Positions 49,850 to 64,000 of a stretch of 64,000 nucleotides of DNA are shown one piece after another. Every line of letters starts with the position of its first letter. The first letter of the stretch is position 1. Both the position numbers and the translations under genes were made by a program. Under the pieces are notes generated by a model. That model saw only the letters and a program-made list of their open reading frames with translations. It did no database searches and had not been told where the DNA came from. The stretch comes from the human T2T-CHM13v2.0 reference genome, Homo sapiens. Where the stretch lies: NCBI RefSeq assembly GCF_009914755.1, contig NC_060930.1. One strand, 5' to 3'.

Positions 49850-50720
49850 CAGATGTCCTTCTGCCTAGTAGACCTGTTTATGAGAGGTCCTGTAGACTCC
49901 CTGTACTCACTTGACTCCCAAATTCATTACCTCTATCAACCCAAATATGCTCCTTTTCCTTCTGTGTATCTACTTCATTAAACATCTGTGCAATCAGCCA
50001 GACACAAACTTGCAGACCCCGCCTCACCACTCTCCTGCCTCTTATCTGATAAATCTCCCAGTGCCGCAAATTCTCCCTCTAGCCCGGCTTGTTCATCTGT
50101 ACACTTGCCTTTATTACAGCTCTCATACCATAGCAGATCACCACTGCTTTTCTCCTAGATTACTGCAGCCATCTCCTGTTTGTCTCTCATTTTCCAGTAT
50201 CACTCTCTTCTAATTTGCTGCAGCTGGAGTTAGGTTCTAAATTCCAAATTCATTCATGTATCTACTTTAAATAACTCAGTACTTCTTTTTTGTTTGTTTG
50301 TTTTTCATAATGACAAAACTCCTTAACATGAGCTACAAGATCATGCATATTCTGGTCCCTATTCCTTAACTAGTCAGAGTGAATGTCATTCCCTCACCAC
50401 ACTGCATAGTACTGAGTTTTTAAAATTTCTCCCATGTGCCACATTTTTTCTTGCTTCTAGTCTTCTCATCATAAAGCTCTTATCTGAGGTACCACTTCTT
50501 TCAAGAACACATCTCTCATCTTCTGGGTTTCAGGTAAGTACCCAGACCACATCTACATAGTTTCCAATCACATGATATAATAATCTTCAATATAGTTGCC
50601 TTATTCTCTGAATCACACACTGGTCTATAATCTCGGTGAGGACAAAGATTGTCTATACTTTGTTTGTCAGATTACCCCCAGCATTTAGCACAGTGTCAAT
50701 TATGTGGTAGACACTCACGT
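49850..50720 (+). mobile_element. LINE-2 fragment
   Basis: Pyrimidine-rich L2-like TCTCCTAGATTACTGCAGC.., AAACTCCTTAACATG.., CCCAGCATTTAGCACAGTG..GTAGACACTCA. Confidence 0.65.
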
Positions 50721-53456
50721 TTTATTTCTTCCCAAATATTCCCCTATCTTTCATTCTGTTCAAACAGGGAACCTGCAATTGACTAAACCATTAGAGTCTT
50801 TTGAATAAAGACTAGCTTAGAAAAGGCAAAGGAATTATAAATAAAGAGGTTATTGATGAAAAAGAAATTTAAAAATTAGGGAGACAAGCAGTATAGTTTA
50901 TTGCATTAAGACAGGCAATAATAGGGACAGGAGAAATATGACAATAAGAGTACAGACAGGATAAGGCAGAAGGAACTTTTGAAGCACCTTCCCTTCACTT
51001 CTTTATCCCTAACAATAATGGGCCAAAAACTCACTTTATGTAGAGGACATAGTGGACTTCCCAGCTCTAGTCCGAGTACACTGCTTTGATGAAGCTGTTG
51101 ACTAGAGATAAACACCACGAACGCCACATGTAAGCACCATAAAGTAACCCTTCTTCAAAGCCCAGCAGTTCTTGATCCACACATGTCAAAGAACACTTAT
51201 GAGGAGTGTAATATTCAACCTTTGAGTGATTAATACTCTCAGACTAATAAACATCTTCTAAATTAACTCCTTTATCTTTACACCCATTTAGGGATGTTGT
51301 CGTTGTTGTTGTCATCCCCACTGGACAGATAAAAACACTAATTTAGTATAACTTGCCTAAGACCACATATCTACATACCAGGGCTGAGCGTTAGTTCAAA
51401 CAAAGATCAGCCTGACCAAAGTGGACTTACTGATTGTTCTTTTTTTATTTTTAAATTATTTATTTATTTTATTAGAGACTAGGTCTTGCTACCTTGCCTA
51501 TTATTCTTTACTTCCTTCCCAAGAACTGAGAACATAGAGACAGACTGATGATGGGAAAGAATCATCAACCTGGAGCTATCCATCAGCACAGTACATCCCG
51601 TGTTACCAAATATCAGAACCTATTTCATCTCCAAATTTTCATAGTAGTTCTTTAAAAATTGGCTTGTATCCTGAGCCTAACAATTTCTCATTGCCTTAAC
51701 AGTCTGATTGAGAACCAAAGCACTGTTGGCCCTGTGATTAGGACATATCTGGGCATGTCTAGAGTCAATTTGCCTGAAAGACTTAGAAAGTTCTGGTAAA
51801 TAATTCAATAAATTAAAAACATACATTTATTTTGTTTGATGTCTGTCTTCTTAACCAAAATATAAGCATATCAAATACTAACTCATTAACCCTCCAAACA
51901 ACTCTTTTAAAAACGATTATACCTATTTTACAAATGATAAAATTGAGGCACAGGGTGTTTAACTCATCCAAGGTCTGTTAGTTACTTAATAACATCACTG
52001 GAATCTAAAACCAGGATGCAGAGTCTGGGCATTTTACCACTGCACTGCCCTTGTCTCAACTATCTTGTTGTTTACACAAAGATATTTAGAAAAAGTTGAA
52101 TGTGCGGGTCTGTATTTCAGAATAAAAATGTAAGAGCTATTGATTAGTAATCATCAGCATATGAGTGGTAGTTGAATCCAGTGCAAAGGATAATATCACT
52201 TAAAACAATGTTTGAAGTGGATTGCGTCCAAAGTATGGGAAGTATTAACCTTCAAGGTTTGTGCTGAGCAATCTGAGCTGTTATTTGATGCTGTTATTTG
52301 CTTTACATGACACATTGGCAGCATTTGATACTTTTATCTATTTCAATCTTGAAATGTTTTCTGGGGTTCAGAAAGAGTTAACAGGGGAATCAAAAAAAGA
52401 AAACAGTTTAATAAAAATAATGGAGGGGCAGCCAATATGGCTGAATAGGAACAGCTCTGGTCTACAGCTCCCAGCGTGAGCGATGCAGAAGACAGGTGAT
52501 CTCTGCATTTCCATCTGAGGTACCGGGTTCATCTCACTAGGGAGTGCCAGACAGTGGGCGCAGGACAGTGGGTGCAGCGCACCGTACGCGAGCCAAAGCA
52601 GGGCGACGCATTGCTTCATTCGGGAAGTGCAAGGGGTCAGGAAGTTCCCTTTCCTAGTCAAAGAAAGGGGTGACAGACAGCACCTAGAAAATCGGGTCAC
52701 TCCCACTCTAATACTGCGCTTTTCTGACGGGCTTAAAAAACGGCGCACCAGGAGATTATATCCCGCACATGGCTCAGAGGGTTCTACGCCCACGGAGTCT
52801 CACTGATTGCTAGCACAGCAGTCTGAGATCAAACTGCAAGGCGGCAGCGAGGCTGGGGGAGGGGCGCCTGCCATTGCCCAAGCTTGCTTAGGTAAACAAA
52901 GCAGCCGGGAAGCTCAAACTGGGTGGAGACCACCACAGCTCAAGGAGGCCAGACTGCCTCTGTAGGTTCCACCTCTGGGGGCAGGGCACAGACAAACAAA
53001 AAGACAGCAGTAACCTCTGCAGACTTAAATGTCCCTGTCTGACAGCTTTGAAGGGAGCAATGGTTCTCCCAGCACGCAGCTGGAGATCTGAGAACACGCA
53101 GACTGCCTCATCAAGTGGGTCCCTGACCCCTGACCCCCGAGCAGCCTAACTGGGAGGCACCCCCCAGTAGGGGCAGACTGACACCTCATACGGCCGGGTA
53201 CTCCTCTGAGACAAAACTTCCAGAGGAACTATCAGACAGCAGCATTCGTGGTTCATGAAAATCCGCTGTTCTGCAGCCACCGCTGCTGTTACCCAGGCAA
53301 ACAGGGTCTGGAGTGGACCTCTAGCAAACTCCAACAGACCTACAGCTGAGGGTCCTGTCTGTTAGAAGGAAAACTAACAAACAGAAAGACATCCACACCA
53401 AAAACCCATCTGTACATCACCATCATCAAAGACCAAAAGTAGATAAAACCACAAAG

Positions 53457-54472
53457 ATGGGGAAAAAACAGAGCAGAAAAACTGGAAACTCTAAAAAGCA
53501 GAGTGCCTCTCCTCCTCCAAAGGAATGCAGTTCCTCACCAGCAACAGAACAAAGCTGGACGGAGAATGACTTTGACGAGTTGAGAGAAGAAGGCTTCAGA
53601 CGATCAAACTACTCCGAGCTACAGGAGGAAATTCAAACCAAAGGCAAAGAAGTTAAAAACTTTGAAAAAAATTTAGATGAATGTATAACTACAATAACCA
53701 ATACAGTGAAGTGCTTAAAGGAGCCGATGGAGCTGAAAGCCAAGGCTCGAGAACTACATGAAGAATGCAGAGGCCTCAGGGGCCGATGTGATCAACTGGA
53801 AGAAAGAGTATCAGTGATGGAAGATGAAATGAATGAAATGAAGCGAGAAGGGAAGTTTAGAGAAAAAAGAATAAAAAGAAACGAACAAAGCCTCCAAGAA
53901 ATATGGGACTATGTGAAAAGACCAAATCTACGTCTGATTGGTGTACCTGAAAGTGACGGGGAGAATGGAACCAAGTTGGAAAACACTCTGCAGGATATTA
54001 TCCAGGAGAACTTCCCCAATCTAGCAAGGCAGGCCAACATTCAGATTCAGGAAATACAGAGAATGCCACAAAGATACTCCTCGAGAAGAGCAACTCCAAG
54101 ACACATAATTGTCAGATTCACCAAAGTTGAAATGAAGGAAAAAATGTTAAGGGCAGCCAGAGAGAAAGGTCAGGTTACCCACAAAGGGAAGCCCATCAGA
54201 CTAACAGCAGATCTCTCGGCAGAAACTCTGCAAGCCAAAAGAGAGTGGGGGCCAATATTCAACATTCTTAAAGAAAAGAATTTTCAACCCAGAATTTCAT
54301 ATTGAGCCAACTAAACTTCATAAGTGAAGGAGAAATAAAATACTTTACAGACAAGCAAATGCTGAGAGATTTTGTCACCACCAGGCCTGCCCTAAAAGAG
54401 CTCCTGAAGGAAGCACTAAACATGGAAAGGAAAAACCGGTATCAGCCACTGCAAAATCAGGCCAAATTGTAA
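53457..54472 (+). pseudogene. L1 ORF1p, disrupted (premature TGA at 54303-54305 plus frameshift)
   Basis: MGKKQSRKTGNSK..KNFQPRISY* gives 282 aa of the ~338-aa protein. Confidence 0.95.
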
Positions 54473-54520
54473 AGACCATTGAGGCTAGGAAGAAACTGCA
54501 TCAACTAACAAGCAAAATAA

Positions 54521-58360
<3,840 letters not shown>

Positions 58361-59034
58361 AACAACGAGAACACATGGACACAGGAAGGGGAACATCACA
58401 CTCTAGGGACTGTTGTGGGGTGGGGGGAGGGGGGAGGGATAGCATTAGAAGATATACCTAATGCTAAATGACGAGTTAATGGGTGCAGCACACCAGCATG
58501 GCACATATATACATATGTAACTAAACTGCACATTGTGCACATGTACCCTAAAACTTAAAGTAGAATAATAATAAAATAAAAAATAAAAAATAAAACAATA
58601 AAAAAAAATAATGGAATAGAAACAAAATAATCTTTATTACATTGTTGCTATGTAATATACTCTTCAATGTAATTACATACATAATTTAATTCTTATGATA
58701 GTCCTATAAGATATTTACTTTACCATGCCTATTTCACAGATAAGAAGACTGAGAACACAGCAGTTAAATATGTTGAATAAGGTCATATACCTGGTAAGGG
58801 TAGAGCCATGACCTGAAACCACATTTGATTTGAAAAATGTATGTTTGCATTTTGCAACAATTATTATAATATATTGCTTTAAGCTGTACATTTTGTATAT
58901 ATATATAGAAATATACATCCTATATATATGTTTTTCTAAGAAACTAGATTGTTTCATTATTATAATGCATATTTTTATCAAAGTAATACATGCAAAAGTT
59001 AAAGCAACATTAAGTACAGAAAGGTCTGTAATAA

Positions 59035-59344
<310 letters not shown>

Positions 59345-60067
59345 AGAAAAAATAATTTTATATAGTACCTTTCAACACTAAAATGCACACCGCAGTGATA
59401 AAATTTTTAACTTTCTATTTTAGTTTATTTTAATAATTCTAAATATTTTCTTATATCTTGATTTCTTGATCTACCAATTCCAGTATTTGTTGATAGTGCT
59501 CTGACTACCAGCTATCTTATTATTATTGTCATTCTTCTGTTGATTGTGTAACTTTTATGATATATTCAAACTTCTCTACTTTGTTTTACCACATTTAGAA
59601 CTATTTCTTGTCTCTTTTGCTTTCCTTTAACCTCTCCTCCTATTGTACACCTCCAAGCTTTTGCCAGCAGTTAACTCTTTCTTTGTCAAAATTGATCTTA
59701 ATTCTCTAACTTCTCTAAACCTTATCCCTGATAAAGAAGGAATCAGATTAGCAAAACTGGTGTAGAAAAAAGCATGGTTCTTCCCATGTGTCTGAAGACA
59801 TTTCCACCCACCTGACACCTAAGAAAATTGATGTTCAGCAAGCAAGGAAAGAGTAGGAGTGAACAATAATATCTGCTACATACAGTGCTCTATTGCACAT
59901 AATATATATTCTGCCTGTAATTATTGATTTAAAATATTTGCAAATTGCATACAGAGTTTTTACATGTTTAAATAATTTTTACTCATTGGTTATGGGTTAT
60001 ACATTATGTCACACCATTCTTCTAATAATTTTAATTATAATCCTTTCAATAATTGTTTTAATTCATA

Positions 60068-62662
60068 CAGGCACACCTTGATTTATTGTGCTTTACTTTA
60101 TTGTACTTTGCAGATATTGCATTATTTACAAATTGAAGGTCTGTGGCAACACTCTGTCGAGCAAGTCTATCAGTACCATTTTTCCAGCAGCATGTGCTCA
60201 CGTCGTGTCTCTGTGTCACATTTTAGTAATTCTCACAATGTTTCATAGTTTTTCATTATTATTATATCTGCTATGGTGATCTGTGATTATATCTCAGATA
60301 AGTGATTGTGATCAGTAATCTCTGACGTTACTATTGGAATTGTTTTGGGACACCATATTTTGGGGCACAAACTGCATCTATATTAAGACAGCTAACTTAA
60401 TTGATAAATGTTTTGTGTGTTCTGACTGCTTTACCAACTGGCCATTCCTCAATTTCTGTCCCTCTTCTTGGGCCTCTGTATTCCTTAAGACACAAAAATG
60501 TTGAAATTAGGCTGGTTAATAATCCTAAAATGGTCTCTAAGTGTTCAAGTGAAAGGAAGAGTTACATATCTCTCACTTTAAATCAAAAGCTGGAAATGCA
60601 AACTATCGCAAGGACAAAAAACCAAACACCGCATGTTCTCACGCATAGGTGGGAACTGAACAATGAGAACACATGGACACAGGAAGGGGAACATCACACA
60701 TCGGGGACTGTTGTGGGGTGAGGGGAGAGGGGAGAGATAGCATTAGGAGATATACCTAATGCTAAATGACGAGTTAATGGGTGCAGCACACCAACATGGC
60801 ACATGTATACATATGAAACAAACCTGCATGTTGTGCACAGGTACCCTAAAACTTAAAGTATAATAATAATAAAATAAAATAATAAAAATAAATAAATAAG
60901 TTTAAAAAAAAGCTAGAAATGATTAAGTTTAATGGGGAAGGCATGTCAAAAGCCAACACAGGCCTAAAGCTAGGCCTCTTGCACCAGTTAACCAAGCTGT
61001 AAACACAAAGGAAAAGTTCTTGAAGGAAATTAAAAGTGCTACACTACTAAACACATACGTGACAAGAAAGTGAAACAGCCTCATTGCTGATCGAAAGTTT
61101 GAGTGATCTGGATAGAAGATCTAACTAGCCACAATATTCCCTTAAACCAAAGCCTAATCCAGAGTAAGGCTTTAACTCTCATCAATTCTGTAAAGCCTGA
61201 AAGAGGTGAGGAAGCTGCAGAAGGAAAGTTTGAAACTGGCAGAGATCGGTTCATGACGTTTAAGGAAAGAAGGTGTCTCCATAACATAAAACCACAAGGT
61301 AAGTGCTAATGTAGAAGCTGCAGCAAGTTTTCCAGAAGATCTAGCTAAGATAATTGATTAAGGTAGCTACACTGAACAACAGGTTTTCAATGTAGAAAAA
61401 ACAGCCTTCTATTGGAAGAAGATGCCATCTAGGACTTTCATAGCCAGAGTGTAGAAGTCAGTGCCTGGCCTCAAAGCTTCAAAGAACAGGGTGACTCTCT
61501 TGTTGGGGGATAATGCAGATGGTGACTTTGAGTTGAACCCATTGCTCATGTAGCATTCCAAATATCCTAAGTCCCTTAAAAATTATACTAAATCAACTCT
61601 GCCTGTGCTCTAGAAATAACACAACAAAGTCTGGGGATGACAGCACATCTGTTTACAGTATGGTTTACCAAATATTTTAAGCCCGCTGTTGAGACCTGCT
61701 GCTCAGGAAAAAAAGATTCCTTTCAAAATGTTACTGCTCATTGACAATGCATCTGGTCACCCAAGAGCTCTGATGGAGATATACAAGGAGATTAATGTTG
61801 TTTTCATGCCTGTTAACACAATATCCATTCTACAGCCCATGGATCAAGAGGTAATTTTAACTTTAAAGTCTTCTTATTTAAGAAATACATTTCATAAGGC
61901 TATAGCTGCCAAAGACAGTGATTCCTCTGATGGATCCGGGCAAAGTAGATTGAAAAGCTTCACCATTCACCATTCTTGATGCCATTAAGGATATTTGTGA
62001 TTCATTGGAGGAGGTCAAAATATCATCATTAACAGGAATTTGGAAGAAGCTGATTCCAACACTCATGGTTTACTTCAAGACTTCAGTGGAGGAAGTAACT
62101 GCAGATGTGGTAGAAATAGCAAGAGAACCAGAATTAGAAGTGGTGCCTTGAAGATATGACTAAATTGCTACATTCTCATGATAAAACTTGAACAAATGAG
62201 GAATTGCTTCTTAGGGATGAGCAAAGAAAGTGGTTTCTTGAGATGAAATCTACTCCTAGTGAAGATGCTGGAATGTTATTGAAATGACAAAAAAAATTAA
62301 GAATATTACATAAACTTAGTTGATAAGCAGCAGAATTTGAGAGAATTGAATCAAATTTTGAAAGAAGTTCTGCTTTCAAAATGGGTAAAATGCTATCAAA
62401 TAACATCATATGCTAGACCCTCCAACAGCAAAAAGATTACAACTTTCTGAAGGCTTAGATGATTGTTAGCATTTTGTAGCAATAAAGTATTTTTAATTAA
62501 GGTTTTTTTTTTGCTATTGCACATGTAATAGACTACAATATAGTGTAACTTTGTTTTCATATGCACTGGGGAAGCCAAAAATGGTGTGACTCACCTCATT
62601 ATGATATTTGTTTTATTGCAATTATCTGGAACTGAAACCAAAATATCTCCCAGGTATGCCTG
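60068..62662 (+). mobile_element. Near full-length Tigger1 (pogo-like) DNA transposon with dead transposase
   Basis: TIRs CAGGCA(C)ACCT..AGGTATGCCTG with TA TSDs; fragments [22 protein letters not shown] (CENP-B HTH) and [19 protein letters not shown] (DDE). Confidence 0.95.
60599..60907 (+). mobile_element. 5'-truncated L1PA 3' end inserted in Tigger1
   Basis: L1PA 3' UTR plus poly-A; TSD AAAAGCT(G/A)GAAATG at 60585-60598 and 60908-60921. Confidence 0.95.
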
Positions 62663-62664
62663 TA

Positions 62665-62858
62665 CAGCAGTCCCCCCTTATCCACAGTTTCTCTTTCTGC
62701 GGTTTCAGTTACCTGTGGTCAACCCTGGTCTGAAAATATTAAGTAGAAAATTCCAGAAATAAACAATTAATAAGTTTTAAATTTGCACCATTTTAAGTAG
62801 GGTGATGAAATCTCACACCAGTCCTCTCCATCCCACCTGGGATGTGAATCATCATCCC
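62665..62858 (+). mobile_element. MER44/Tigger7 5' fragment
   Basis: CAGCAGTCCCCCCTTATCCACAGTTTC..GGTTTCAGTTACC..GGTCAACC..GAAAATATTAA start. Confidence 0.8.
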
Positions 62859-64000
62859 TCTAAAATCCAGAAACTTTTGAAAGAATGGATATATCTTTCA
62901 TTTGCTTAGAAAACTGAGTTTTGGAGACATTTTCTTCACTTGATTTATCTTCCCTACACCTCTTTGATGTTTCCTTCCATTGGAACCATACCAGCGATTA
63001 AAGAACTTGAAGCACTCAATTTACTTTAACTGAATGCAATGGCAGAGATTGGGTTCATGGGTTAATACGTTATCTTTCTGTTTTAGTCCCATCGTGTTTA
63101 GAAACTTGGATTAAGAGTCAAACAGGCCTAGGTTCAAATTGCGCATCTATAACTTCCTAGCTGAATATTTGTTGGTAAGTTACTTAATGCCTATATCCTC
63201 CAAATTCAAGTATGAGGATTAAATAAAGCAGTTGAAGAAAGCACTTAGCACAGTCTTCAGCACTAAGTAAGGGCTCAGTGATGTTGATAGTCATACATTC
63301 GTTTTCGTGAGTTTTGGTGAATGCCTTTCTCTCACTACACTAGAAATCAATGAGATCAATTACTACCTAGTTTAGTAGTTATTATATCTCTAGCATGTAA
63401 TACAGTGTTTGTCATATAATAGGAGCTCTATAAATATTTGTTAAATATGAAATTATTCATCAATGTAAATATTTTCAGTAATTTTCATTTCAAAAATGAT
63501 AATCTTATCTGAAATAAGGCTGTGTCAACATTTTATCAGCTGAGCCCTTTGAGAATCACTGGAGTTTAACTTGCAGTCAAAAGTTTTTTTCTTGGGCCAT
63601 CTAAACAGCTATAATGAATTTAAACTGGCTAAAATTGCTAGTTTTTGCTAATAACACTGATAATATTCAAAATAGCATGAAAAAGATTCTCCTCTTGATC
63701 ATGTATGACACAGAGCTGTCTTTCCTATTTAAATTATTATAATAATCTCTGATACCTGTAACATGGTTTATCAAGCACAAGGCACTTTACAAATATATAT
63801 AATGGTGTGTAAATATATCAATACACGTGAGACCTTGATGTAGAGGTGGAAATGGAAAGATGATGTAGCTCCTTCACTTTCATCTGCCTCTCCTGGATCT
63901 GTTTTACACTTACATGGCCAGAAAAGAACGCTAGTTATAGTAGAAACTAGTTACAATAACTAGTTAAGGCGGTAACTGATAGAGTTATAAAGATCTTTAT

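Noticed and set aside
52368-52874. L1 antisense ORF0 (ORF-track 141-aa minus-strand ORF)
   Set aside because: The true ORF0 ATG at 52874 (MAGAPPPASLPP..) hits a CGA>TGA stop at codon 25; the listed ORF starts at a GTG downstream of that stop.

Overview
Primate (human or very human-like) genomic DNA, AT-rich and dense in transposons, with no intact protein-coding gene. The content and spacing match my recollection of the 6p22.1 extended-MHC olfactory receptor cluster: a frameshifted OR2W-type pseudogene (likely OR2W4P, 8809-9734), an IQCB1 retrocopy (likely IQCB2P, 42213-44598) and a U3 snoRNA retrocopy (47230-47440). Mobile elements include about 16 Alus/FLAMs, a full-length dead L1PA3-type LINE-1, old L1M/L2 fragments, a deleted HERV-S (LTR18) provirus inside a nest of solo LTRs, ERV-L pol/pro remnants, MaLR LTRs, Tigger1, MER1 and MER44. 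I found no new biological system in the sense of a new operon or pathway. The best non-obvious observations are: (1) a ~475-bp, ~98.5% identical inverted repeat whose junctions carry templated shards of the OR gene and its 3' flank, suggesting a template-switching scar and possibly an invertible 2-kb segment; (2) a heavily decayed second OR2W-like pseudogene at ~22850-23903 that the ORF track does not reveal; (3) the IQCB1 retrocopy appears to derive from an exon-skipped, frameshifted transcript. Repeat subfamily names and the locus identity come from memory of consensus sequences, not from a search.
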